Of a DNA stretch of 64,000 nucleotides, positions 50,482-62,745 are shown one piece after another. The stretch is from Phoronis australis (lineage: Eukaryota; Animalia; Phoronida). The notes beneath the pieces are model-generated. The model was not told the origin of the DNA. It worked only from the letters and a program-made list of their open reading frames with translations, and did not search any database. The DNA is taken from positions 372,001 through 436,000 of the forward strand of contig NMRA01000210.1 in NCBI GenBank assembly GCA_002633005.1. Direction: 5' to 3'. The translations under genes were made by a program, and so were the position numbers. The stretch's first letter is position 1; the number at the start of each line of letters is the position of its first letter.

Positions 50482-53018
50482 AGTTTAATCAAGCCCCAGT
50501 ATGGCATACATGGAATTAAGTTCGCCGCGTCGTTTCCGTTTACTGTCCTTGATTGAGTTTTCAAAATACTTGTCTCCGATCAGACCACTGATAACATCGA
50601 TCGTGCAAGAGATCCGTAAACTGAGCCTATTCTCGTCAGTGAGATGACTGAATGTAGAAGTCCGCCATCAAAAACCTTCACGTAGCCCTGTAGAAAGTCT
50701 GCAATGGTTTGTTATAGGTTCTGTCTGGAACAATTCAAATTTTTTCAACAACCAGACTTTTCGGATTTTACGAGCGCTCCATCACAGTGAGCAAGTGATA
50801 ACGGATAAGGTGTGACTGGATGTGAAAGAAGCTTTTGGAGGTCGAAGTCTGTCCTCTCTGCTACAACTAAGATTATGCGTACGAATAAATCTCTGAAGCT
50901 CTTTGCTGTTGTCTTGTTTCTCTGTGTGGTCGATGACTTGGTTTTCTTCTACACGCTATCAGCAGCGAAATTTTGGACAGCTGTACGTTTCACTGGTTGC
51001 AGAAACCTATTGCTGTCCTTTTCGCATTCGTGTTGGAATTTTTTCTCGCGGATCAGCGCACTGATCAGATAGTCTTCGTTGCTTAGGATGCTACTTCGCC
51101 AGTTGCGATGTTAACCAGACCAGGTGGAGCATCGTCCGCAAACAGATATTGCAGAAATTGTCGACTTTCACACTGGGTGTTGCCATTTGTTCGTTGTCTT
51201 TTTGATTATTGAAGGACTGCACTGGCTTTTTGCATTCTACCCGATTTCAAGTCTTGCAAATGTTCTCAGTTCAGTTACAGCCATTGCCCTTTGTGTCATA
51301 GAGAGGGAACATCGAGGCATTGCATTCTCAGAGTTGCGGAAAGTCACTATTCCTGTCATGCTCGATGCTGCATCCCGGTTAACGGATTGATCCAAAGAGA
51401 AGTCAACAGCCGATCTACTGAAGTTCTTCCTCGTACGTCGCACTGGGAACGCGCGATTTTGCAGCACTTCACGTGATATTGGATCTGCGAATTTCAACTT
51501 TTGGTAAAGCAATGTTGCCCAGCTGGCGTATGGCAAAGAATACATCTAGCATTGTCGGGAAAACGTTGATATGGCCACTGACATCATTAGTCTTGACGCA
51601 TCTTTGGAGTTCTCTGTGGGCTCGGTTTACAAGCAAAATGTAGATTGCCCAACACCGAGCAGTTTTGCCAAATTTGTCACTTATCACTTTGTGAAATGAA
51701 GGTAGATGGCGCGCATATATAACACAGACGACAGCAAAAGTGTCGATTATTCCTCGTTTTAGCAGTTGCATGAAATGAAGAAGTGGATTTTGGGTAAAAT
51801 CGGTTCGGAAACAGAGGGACGTAGTTTAGACTGGTAAATTAGGACTGCAAAAAATGATCGAGATTCGTGCAAACACAATGTGCCATCCGCCACGGACGGG
51901 TTTTTATGTTTTGTTTTTAATAGTGACTCATGTGGAGTATTCCGCTATTGTCGCACAGACTTGTAAGGTCGCTCCAATTTTAGTCATGATGTTTCTGGTT
52001 TTCATGCCCTGACGTAAACTTGCGGACAAAAATCTCTCACCTTGTATAGCGACCTATGTCGTACGTACTCAATGGATTTATAGAAAATCGAAGTGCCTGG
52101 TTCTTCAGCGTGGTGCATATTCAGCGTGAATAGGCTTATGAATTTTGTTTCGACTCTCAAAAATTTGTCTTGCGGAGGAACCCCGCTGCTGAAGTTGTCT
52201 AGCATCTTACTGTTGTGCCATGTGCAGTGGTGGTGAACATCATGCAATTAGTTTCAAATGGCTACCTGGTGGGTTGATCTAGCTCAATTCAGGTATTTGG
52301 GCGTGTCTGGCGGGGCGGACACACCGCTAGATTTGTCTGACACTATTTATTCTTGATACATGGGCTTACGGTGTATATTTTGCAATTGGTTTTATGCTGT
52401 TACCTCGTGGGCTCAATTTTTAACCCTTTTTGATAATCGTGTGGCAGGGGCACCCCATCACTGAAATTGTCTGGCATTTAACTGTTGTACCGTAAGCAGT
52501 GATGCTGAACATCGTGCAATTGTACTCAAACGGTTACCTGGTGGGCTGGTCTATCTCAACTCGGGTATTTGGGCGTGTCTGGCTGGGCTAACCCACCACT
52601 AGATTTGTCTGGCTGTGTTCATTCGTGAAACCTTGACTCATGGTGAATATTTTGCAACTGCTTTCATCTCATTTCCTCTTGGATTGATCTAGCTCAAATT
52701 TTTACCCTATTTATAACAGTCTGGCTGATACTTCACACCACTTCTCTGGTAGTGACCAATTTTGATACTGTGGATTATGTATTAGGTATCGAAGGCAGTT
52801 TTAAGTGGTTACCAGAAAAGTTGATTTAGCTCAATTTTTGAGTGTCATTCTCTTGGTTCCCCTGACCACATCCAACAGAGTGAACCTGTCAGACGGCCAT
52901 TTCCAAGCATGAGGATACCCATAGAGCACTGTGGCATCAAAAAATTGGTTACCTCTTCATGCCCAAAAAAGCGCTGGGATCCCGGTCTATAATTTTTTAT
53001 ATTGGCAATCAAACTTAC

Positions 53019-53519
53019 CATAGCGCCAACAGATGTGAATGGGTTTTCAATCGCCTGCCATGCCGTATATTGCATTTTCCGCCAGTTTGAACTAACGTGT
53101 TCGGGTTTTTTCTTGTACCACTGCGGCCCCTTAGGCATGAATTTATGTTTCATTCTCTTGTTCCATTCGATAAAGTTTTTGCCAGCATTTAAAGGGATTT
53201 GACAACAAACGGAAACTTCGCTATCTTGAATATCCCAGAATTCCAGCTCCCTGTGAATAGCTTCTCCGCAGATTTGCTTTGGTACATGCAACTCTCCTGT
53301 GCGATAAAAATCTAGGATGCTTTCAAAGATCGTGGCATTGCGATCGAAGAAGTATTCTTGTGACGGTTTTGCCACCAAAGATTTTTCAGAGGGCGTGGCT
53401 ATAGGTTTCATAGTCTTCGCCAAGCGAGACAATCGGGTGTTTTTAAGGTTAAGTAGAGTGTTTCGAAAAGTCTCAAACCTACGTCCACCGACATTCAGAA
53501 CTACGTGAACGTCAGCCAT
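53019..53519 (-). CDS. K+ channel paralogue B, exon 1 (T1 domain)
   Basis: MADVHVVLNVGGRRFET...YFFDRN...YRTGELHVPKQIC...CC; ATG|gtaagt phase-0 donor at the same position as in paralogue A. Confidence 0.92.
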
Positions 53520-54099
53520 TTACAAAACCGGCGAAAATCTGACACGATTATTTTTTCATCGTAAAGCACGTTTCGCGTGAATTTTTTTAAGAATAACGTG
53601 CTGTGTTGAATAAGCGCGAAAAGTTGAATGCGCTTTCGCAGGTTATGCAGCCCGGATAAGCACGAACCTTGTACGGAAAAAACGGAGTAGGGTTTCGTAG
53701 ATGCAAGGAATATTGTTTGTGCTCGCAAGCGTGAAATTGGCTGGGGACACGAGAAGTGTTAATCATTCTAAGTGATTCGATTTGGTGTCTTATCGTGATG
53801 TAACAACATTACGCGTTTTAACTCGACAATGCTCATTTGTATTTCATTACCGCCACCCTAAGAATTAATTTAACATGATTTTTAATCATGACATTGGTTG
53901 GATCACTTAAAGTTCTAGTGGTAAAAGCAAACCGGGAAAATGATTGAGCCGACGTGGAGTTATAATACATATGTATTCAGTTGTAGTTCTAAGCTGTTTA
54001 TCACTAGAAGATGTATGGCACTTATATTGCTTGATAATAGCTAAATTCGACAAATTATTAATTCTATGAATAACTTAAATAGATAAATAATCGAGTGCT

Positions 54100-55260
54100 G
54101 TTTTCTTAACAGAGAAAGGGAAGTCCAACTACGAATTTTTAAGGCTCTTGACAGCAGAAACATAAGCTTCATCCTGACTTTAATAGAATTACAGAAGCAG
54201 AGTGTACTAAGGAAGAATTTGATATCAGTTATATAAAGAAGTCTGCGGTAGAGAGGGTTGTTCGGAAGGCAAGAGGAGCTTCAGCACAGGAACCAAGTGA
54301 CACCTCCTACCAAGTGTACAAAAATTGTTCAAAGCTTCTGAACCCCCTTTGGAAGGTGTTCCGTTGGGTTTGGAAGTAGGGGGGATGCCGGAAGGAGAAT
54401 ACGTCCCGAAAGAAGACTAGTCAAAAGGCATTAGTAAGTTTCGACCCATATTGTTGTTAAGTACCGAGAACACGATATTTTGGGCAGTGATTTCGAAGAG
54501 AATCACTTTGTACCTGTTAGACAAAGAATACACGGACACGTCATGCCAGAAAGGAGGAATTCCAGGCTTCTCGAGGTGCCTCGAGCACAACGCATGCAGT
54601 CATCTTGGAAAGTAAAGAACGTTATAGAATACCTGGCTATGGTGTTGTTAGACTTGGCCAATGGATCGATACCCCATGTTCTGATCTATCGAGCTATGAA
54701 TATTTACCACATTCCTAAGAAAGTCTAGACATTAATTAATGATAATTTCTACTCTTGTACGATGCGTTTCACTGTTAATGGCTTCACAATTAAGAGCTAA
54801 AGTTAGAGAAAGGAATATGATAAGATGTACAATATCTATCATTTCATTCCTCAGTCAGGTAGTCATCATTGAGTTGACTATCCCATGGGAGAATAGAGTT
54901 GATGAGGCTCATAAGATAAAACGCCTGGAGTATGAAGAACTCTGTGGAGACTGCTCCGCCAGCGGCTGGACTACCTGTGTTTTCCCAATTGAAGTGGGTT
55001 GCAGTGGCCTCCCTGCAAAGTCCCATATTTACGCGTCGAGGTGCCTGAGTATCTCGAGTTTACTAGAGAATACGCTTGTTAAGAGATGTGGCAGCTGCGA
55101 CGGAACAAGCTTCCTGTTGGAGTTGGTCGAAACATTGTCATGTGCAGCAACAACAAGAACCGTCGTCTGGCGGGACCTGGTAACTCGTGACGGCCCTCGG
55201 CTGGAGAGACTCCGAATGAAGGGCGGAAATTTAGAAGAAAGCGAGCATTTGACTGACAAA
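54100..55260 (+). mobile_element. Decayed RLE-type non-LTR retrotransposon (HERO-like) with internal deletion
   Basis: RT motif LLDLANGSIPH.LI..A...YHIP joined to restriction-like endonuclease IIELTIPWE...K...Y..L...C...GW.....PIEVGC.G. Confidence 0.75.
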
Positions 55261-55283
55261 GACGATGGAGGCTTCATAATACT

Positions 55284-55435
55284 AGGGCACAGTTGCATAA
55301 AAGTAATACGCCGTATAGAAACAATGACGTCACTTTATCACGCGTCACGTCGTTATTGTTGAACAATGCACCCGACGTTATGTAACAAACAAACTTATCC
55401 AGCGGATAATTTTGAAATTTTATGCAACCCACCCC
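55284..55435 (+). mobile_element. Harbinger-like ~150-bp MITE; inverted sister copy at ~56139-56289
   Basis: GGGC...GTTGCATAAAA ends; shared core ttgttgaacaat...cttatccagcggataattttgaa. Confidence 0.6.
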
Positions 55436-57336
55436 AGATGTTTCAAGTGAGTTTCAAGTTTTACAAAGTGACGTCAAATATGCGTTATTATAGATAATAT
55501 CTGCATGATTAAAACGGGGTAGAATAAAAAAATTATAAATCAAGTCTAATATAAATGGCAACTGGGAGTATGAAAGTTTTCTAAATGGGTTGAGAAGTTT
55601 TTGATTTGTTTAATATATCCGTACAGCGGTGATTCACAGTGGTTAGGCGATCAGGAAGATTCACCCAGATGCTTACTGCCACACCTTGAGGGACAACAGA
55701 ATCATACTAGTATAGTCTTTGGGAGTCTGCCGTTATTGGGTGGAGCTTTTATTGAAAAAGTTCTGCCATAACTTTTAGACGCTTTGAACTGCATGCGCCA
55801 TTTCGTTGCCTAATGATTTAATAAATCAAGGCCCCTTTGTAGGAGACTAAAATTTTCGGGTTTGTCTTTTGAATAAAGAAAGAAAACGTATGTACAGTAC
55901 TGTCAGCATGTAAAACGCGTTAGAATACAGTTTGACATGTACGTCACTTATGAATATTAGAAAAAGAAATGGCCCAAGTGGTACACCAAACATTACCGTA
56001 AGCCTTTGGCGATTCGTCAGAAACATCAACTGAAAGTTCAGGGCTCATCGGTTCCTAAGACTTTGTCACTCAAATTAGATGTATGACGTCACATGGTGGT
56101 CCGATTTACCACTTAGCGACACAACTTTAGTGTAAGCAGGGCTGGGTTGCATAAAACTTCAAAATTATCCGCTGGATAAGCGTGATTGTTGCATGACGTC
56201 AGTTGGATTGTTCAACAATAACAACGTGGCGCGTGATAATGCGACAACATTGTTGCTATATGGCGTATAATTGTTATGCACCTGGGCCCAGAACTCAAAT
56301 CATTGGAAAGTACATGACCTACTACCCATGCGTGTAAGTTGATTGGATAATAAAACATCAAAAAGCTCAATACCTGCTTGATTGTCAGTAGTTGCATTCC
56401 CATGTATTTCGAAATCCCGGAAATATTCAGTTTTAGGAAAAATAACGGGATTATTTTCGCAAATGGTCGTGTTCCCGAGCATTCTTGCCGACTGCTGGAA
56501 TACCGGTGTTTTTATCGCTCCTATTGGCAGGCATTGATACTACACTACTCTTTAATGAGTAAACAAACCGTCGGTATTAAACCCATCAAATTTGGTGGAA
56601 TTTAGAATACCGGGTAAATGCAAACATTTTCCCGATTAAAATTTTATCACGGAAATGGCATTGGTGTCCCCACTGAACTAAAATGAGTTTTGTGCATTAT
56701 CGCTATTAGTCAAAATAGGAACGCATATAAAATATCGGATAATTGCTGAAACAAACAAGTCATATACTGTTTCTTTTCATCAAAGGTCTTGTCCGTTATT
56801 GATTTTAATTACTTAGTTCATGATGGATTGTCTCATGCTACATTTCAAAACCAATAAAATTGTGGGGGGCTCGTTGGAGCCCCCCCCCCCCATTTGGCGA
56901 AATGGGCAAAANNNNNNNNNNNNNNNNNNNNNNNNNNNNNNCTTTTTGTCAGCAAAAGGTCCACATCGCCAGACATTCGCCCCCCCCCCCCATATTAAAA
57001 GGTGGGTGCATTGAAGAAAAAATACTATATGTAGGACATAGGGCAGATAGAGTTTACGACCATTGACATTTGTCATATTTAGTTTGTGGCGGGGGGTTGT
57101 CAATATAAATGTACCAGTAACATAATTGTGTGCCAGTAAATGTAGGATCCAACAGAATTGGGGGTTTCAATTAGAGTTGGTTGAAATCTAACTGTTGCTG
57201 AAGTGAGGTGCATGTACCAGTACAGTACAGTAACTTCGTACTAGCTAGACATTTCCATTTCACTGTCACGGTGTGATTTTACTGCGTGATGGTGATATTT
57301 TGAAATAAATCAAATGTTCTCCTTCTCGTTCTGGAT

Positions 57337-57637
57337 CAGTGGCGGTTTTAAGGGGGGTGGGGGGCAAGGTAGCCATGGCCCCCTAAAATTCTCCCAGATT
57401 CCATTTGGCAGTTTGGGGTGCGAATTGGTGACTGGCATATGCGCGCGCACCTAGACGGGCTCAGGGTGAATGCACAATGCATAGCCTTGAGCAAACCCCG
57501 TTTTTAGTCATAAGGCCCATAAACTCAAAAGTTCAAGACCCCTGCGTCCCTACATTTTAGGCTGGGTGCGCATGTGGCGTAATTCTGGTTATTCCTGTAC
57601 CCTGCCCCCCAAGTCAAAAATCCTGGATCCGCCCCTG
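57337..57637. mobile_element. MITE, CAGTGGCGG family, 5-bp TSD
   Basis: TGGAT|CAGTGGCGG...GGATCCGCCCCTG|TGGAT. Confidence 0.75.
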
Positions 57638-58032
57638 TGGATGGCCAATCAGATGGACTGAGTGTGCTTGTTATTGACAGAAAAAAAATCTGCGATTCCG
57701 CACATCATGGTCGGATAAAAGGGGTAGGCCTACATTGACTGGTGTAAAAAATAATATTGGTAAAATCAATAATGCGAACGCTTTTATAAAACTGTAGTTC
57801 CGCTTATATACATGTATTGCAGTCGTGTTGCTTTACAACAGAGTCTATGACACAACTGTTTGAAATGTGAGACCATGTCGTTTCAAACTGTACAAATTAC
57901 CAGTTCACCACGCTAAGATGAATTAGGTACTACAGTGGCGGATCTAGGATATCACAAGGGGGGGGCCAACATTTTGTCCGCCTGGAAGCATTTGCGCAAA
58001 CTGAACCACGATTGTAGATGCGCATAGCACCN

Positions 58033-58460
58033 TCAGCGCGGGCCTCCTTGTTGAGAGTAACGTGGTGGTGGAGACGGTGGAGCCCCTTAGTGAGGTCGAT
58101 GAGGCGGCGGAGAAAGGCATGTCCCGGCATGATGACCAAGCACGCGAAGTTGAGGAGGCCGATGAGTGATTGCATGTCGCGGAGCGTGACTGCGCGCTTA
58201 CGTTGGAAGTTGTGAGCAGCTCCCTGGCCTTGTCGAGCTTGTCCTTGGGCAGAAATGCAGACATGGTAGAGGTGTCGAGATGGCTGCCGAAGAGAGTGAG
58301 GGATGTTGTGGGAGGAACAGTTTTGTCCCGGTTGATCGGGACACCAATGGAGGAACAGAATAGAAGAAAATTGTTGAGATTCTGGGAACACCTGGGGGAT
58401 TTGGAGGGGGGGGAACCGATGAAGAAAAAATTGTCGAGAAGATGATTTTTGGTAAGCAAA
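58033..58460 (-). mobile_element. DIRS/Ngaro tyrosine-recombinase retrotransposon RT fragment (cut by gap)
   Basis: HLLDNFF...IGVPINRDKT..PTT.LT..G..LDT...LPKDK, frameshift, then QSLIGLLNFAC.VI.PG.AFLRRLIDL. Confidence 0.8.
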
Positions 58461-59944
58461 TTCTTTCCAAAATATAAAATTGTGCGAAGTTACTGTATTC
58501 TACGCTGTTTATATTAGAGAATAAAATTCTGAACATATCATTGGTTGCCAAGCGATTAGGATTTGATTCAATATCTCAAAACTGCGAAGGCTATCAAATC
58601 TTTAAAATTTTGAGTAAAAAGTTAATTTAGGAGTTCACCAGGCTCAAAACATGCACCCTGTATCTGTCGTTCTATGCTAGCTTTTTCGCAACCAATTTCA
58701 CCTATATACTATGACATAAACGACTCAAGACTAAGCATAAAAACATGGTGAGCATGTAACCAAAAAAGGAAGAGATGTTGACAATACACAAGCTGAACTG
58801 ATAGGAATGACATACTAGAAGAATCATTACACAGAGCAAAATGTATATTAACACATAGCAGAGCAAAGGTAGCCGCGAAAATAAATCAAATACTAAATAA
58901 TAGACGGGACTCCGCACAGGTAACTTAAGTACAATGAAAACAAGGTATTGTGAACAAACCATGCAAACTCTTATTTCTAAATACCATGACGATGTCTATT
59001 ATACTTATGTTCAATGATGTACCCATTATTAATTAATGGAATTAACTTTTCAACTCTGATTGAGTGTATCATTTTGATTACTCATTAAAACGTTTAAGAT
59101 ATAAATTATTAAAGCCGAAAGTTCAAATTCATTTGAGTTATTATGATTTCAATTTAAAAACATTTCGGTTACGAGCAAATTTGAAATTACAATTGCTCTA
59201 TAAATTGTTTTCGTTTTTTTATAACACTGGTATGCCAGCTTTTCGATCGTTTAAGTCGGGAGAAACTGACAACAGTTCTGCTTACAAAATGCCGAGTAGA
59301 GTTGCTAAGAACGAAAACGTTGTATTTAGCTTGTATAAAACAGCAATATCAAATACATCGTAACAATTTATACTCACAAGAAATCAAAAGGATTGGGTGT
59401 AGTACGCTTTTTCGAAACAAATTAAAATCATTTTTGATGTTTAAACTTTTGGCTTGATGCCACAGAAACGTGTTTGAATGAAGGTAGAGTGCGACATACA
59501 AAACAAAAACTCAGTCTTTAGGAATTGATTTTGTAGCTTTGTTTCTGTTTGATAACGTATCTAGCCTTTGTCTTTGAGGACAACGGAACTTGAGGACAAC
59601 ACTAAAAGCCAACTGGTAAGAATCACATGCTCACGGGCTACTAGACGATATTGGTGCTGACCCAGCCACTGGGTGACAAACGACGTTTCACTATAGGTAG
59701 CGCTAGAGTTGACAATATGGCAGCGTCCTGCATTCAGAATCATTGAACGCTTCTGCAGATAGGCTTACTTAGCTTAGGATTCGTGCAAGAGTTAGTTTCG
59801 ACATTAAGATCTAGTGTATCAGTTCTCTACAGTCTTAACTTAGGGTTACACTCCAGTTGTCAACGTGTTATTTGTTTTGTAAATTCACCGCAATTCTTTC
59901 TCACTTGATCTGACTTCACTCTCGGCTTTGGACTGGTGGATGTG

Positions 59945-61366
59945 GCGGTGTTGTACGTGAACTTGGAATCTTGAGTGAACTTGGAACAAATTTCTATTCT
60001 AAGTTCACGCAAGTGATCTTGAGATTAAGCAAGCATTTGTGACATCTAGTGTGTAACTTGTAAGTAAAATTTCATCGTAAGTCGAGTGGTGCACATGAGT
60101 TTGTCGTGTTCTGTTTTAATTAGTTTTATTTCCATTAACAAACTAGGGGTGGTTCACTGGGATGGGTGGAAGAGTTGAAGTGACTGGAAACCTGGGACAA
60201 TGATGAACAGGATTAATATCTAGGATAGGATACCAGAATGGGGCCAGACACAGAACGAATGAGTTTCTACCGTACTGGTCCTAGTAGGCCTACCTACCGT
60301 ACCCGAAGGGGTTTGCATTGAACAGTGTTTCTGTAGACGAAGGATGTTATTATATCCGAAAATTTCAATGATTCATTTTTGTTGTTTTATTTACGTATAT
60401 TTATTCTACTTCTCAACAAACAAGTGGATCCTTTAGAGAGTCTGGATCGTCTCTTTTAGTTTCAGATTTATTTTCTTGGTTATTTAAAAGTACCGGTAAT
60501 AGAAAATGCATTTATAACATACTGTAACTGGTCAGATTGAGAATGTATGGTTCACCACACGATTTTTTGTAAAGAAGAAATTGAATTATTCCAAGTTTAA
60601 GCAAGGGGTGTGGTTTGCTTAAACTTGGAATTGGATAGAAAAAAATGCAAATGTGCCCAGAAGTGTTCCAAAATTAATAGAAAATGCATTCACAATGTAT
60701 TGCAACCTTTCAATGCTTGGTTCACCACGCAATTTTTTGTCGTGGCTTGCTTAAACAAGTTGGAATTGGGGTACAAAAAAATCCAAATGCGCTCAGAAGT
60801 CTTCCGAAATTAATAGAAAATGTATTTAAAATGTATTGCAACCAGTTAGTGAATGTTTAGTTCACCACTTGATCAAACATCAACCAGGCACTAATTTCAA
60901 ACATCAAGATGCTGTTTTTATATTAGAATAGTTAAAAACATTGAAAAATAATACGACTCAATGGCCACTGTAGCCGTATAGGGCTATGACCTTGAATGCT
61001 CGGTGCATTACTGAGGGAACATGTAATCACATTACAGTCCTTAAAAGATTTTTTTATTCCAGTCTCTCGATACTAACAAGTATTCGTGAGGCTTCGGGAG
61101 CTTAATATCTCGATTTTTAGAACTCTCTTCTCACCGTTGCCTACCGTTTCAGTAATGCTTTCAGCCCAAGTGCATTGTTCTGTGATTGGGTGTCGGGCAG
61201 CCACTTAATTCCAAGTTCACGCAATATTCTAAGTCCATGTACGATATGATGCAGCTTGCTTAATCTCAAGATCACTTGCGTGATTTTGGAATTCCAAGCT
61301 CACGCAACACTCACTTCCGCTTAATGTTGAGGTTAAGCAAGATTCCAAGTTCACGTACAGCAGCGG
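59945..61366. mobile_element. Non-autonomous TIR element (Harbinger-like)
   Basis: GTACGTGAACTTGGAATCTTG / CAAGATTCCAAGTTCACGTAC inverted, plus inverted CACGCAAGTGATCTTGAGATTAAGCAAGC blocks. Confidence 0.6.
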
Positions 61367-61756
61367 TTCTTCGAGAACCGCCCACTGAATAACGGGCCGG
61401 TCATTCAGTGATTTCCTGGTTCCCTAAATCAGGGACTACTATATTCGACCAGTGTCTAAAATAAAGGCTGATTGTGACGCAAGAAATAGTCTGTGTTTAT
61501 CGAAGCAAAGGCCATGGCACAGGTGCAGATGGGTTGATGCAACTGTTTGGTATAGAGTAACACTATCCCCTCCTGTACTTTTTAACCTCCTACCCTCTTG
61601 CCATTCTATCAACAACCAGACTCACCTGAAAAGTCACTTGATTATTCATGTAGTAGTTCGCTTACACCTGGCATAGTCGTAGCTAATGCATATGGGTTGG
61701 TACCCAAACTATCATCTTGTGTTTGCTGTTTCAGGTTGTTTTTCCTTTTTATTCCA

Positions 61757-61911
61757 ATGATGGAAGTGAATGGATTTCTAATCAGTGACTGGACCATTTC
61801 TGGACTGGAGACCTGCATCACTGTGAAGAAGCCAGATATTGGTCTTTCTGTTGTCTTTGACTTGGGCTATTCAACAAAAGCAGCTGTCAACTGCCGCAAT
61901 GTTTTTATTAC
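61757..61911 (+). CDS. Metallo-beta-lactamase / TM-type tRNase Z (TRZ1-like) protein, first coding exon
   Basis: Acceptor tttcag at 61734; MMEVNGFLISDWTISGLETCITV...VFDLG...AVNCRNVFIT; AC|gtaagt phase-2 donor. Confidence 0.75.
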
Positions 61912-62358
61912 GTAAGTACTGGCTGTGACATCTCTACTGTAATTATGAAACAGATGCAAATCCATTGGACGAATTGGTTTTAACTTTTATTCTTATCATT
62001 TGTTGGAGTAATATCTGTTGTATATTTGTCATGTATTTCACGATTTATTCTCAAAAGAATTTTAAGTGTGCTTGTTTAAGATATGCAAATATACAAAGAA
62101 TAGATCCCTGCACCTCTGATTGAAGCTTAGGCCATAGGCAGACTTAGGAGTCCCCAGGCCCCCTTGTGAGCATGACCAACACAAACATTTTTCCTTCAAG
62201 GTTGAGGATGTACCCTGTTTTAACATCCGAAGTCCATCAATCCTAGACACTTTTTTGAAAAAATATTTCCGTTACAAGCGCATGGGCTTAATTATGTGCT
62301 TTGACGCTAATCTTGGTTATGTCCTGGTAGAGAAATTATTTCCACGCTCTTGTTACAG

Positions 62359-62570
62359 ACACGGACACCCAGACCACATATCAGCCATTACGCAACACGC
62401 AAACAAGCGCCATCTGACAGGACTGCCTCCAGCCACGTACTACATGATGCCCCACCTCGTGGACAATGTTCGAACTCTTCTGAAAATTAGTGAAGCGATG
62501 ATGAATGCTGAAGGAATGTTTGATGCTGTCTCACTGTCTCCAGTGTCAGTTGGCGATGAGATACAGGCTG
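62359..62570 (+). CDS. tRNase Z-like protein, second coding exon (His motif); the remainder was not found in the window
   Basis: ttacag|A CAC GGA CAC CCA GAC CAC completes T-HGHPDH in phase; then RHLTGLPPATYY; the 3' donor is uncertain (62566 or 62570). Confidence 0.75.
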
Positions 62571-62745
62571 GTACTCTAACATTTGTTTAAGATAATCGAT
62601 GACTTCAGTGTTCTTATTTGATGATCATTTTACATTTTCTACTTTGTTTTACTTGTCATGGGACATAACTCTTTACATTCAAATATCAAAACCAAAATAA
62701 ATCAGCTCATTAGGCAACTTATCACCATTTAATTACTGTGAATTT

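Larger units (their letters stand above)
46196..52989 (-). mobile_element. Decayed Academ (AcademX-type) DNA transposon in the Kv-B intron
   Basis: TAGACCGGG...CCCGGTCTA ends; ~750-bp diverged TIRs built of ~140-bp subrepeats; TTA/TAA flanks; minus-strand fragments TARCWAIY...FFA, VRRTRKNFSRSAVD...NRD, XPG-like HEEADT...SDTD...GYHTFIGYD, LPLC...GYGW. Confidence 0.75.

Noticed and set aside
52845-53018. C-terminal extension of the 224-aa T1 ORF, suggesting a stand-alone KCTD-like protein
   Set aside because: It follows a consensus gtaagt donor and runs into the Academ TIR; the T1 exon joins 42354 in phase
54739-55362. 207-aa ORF as a host gene
   Set aside because: Only the middle matches a retrotransposon endonuclease, and the end runs into a MITE
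55780-56030. GVPLGPFLFLIFISD ORF
   Set aside because: Very short, degenerate CR1-like RT remnant; not a gene and too decayed to delimit
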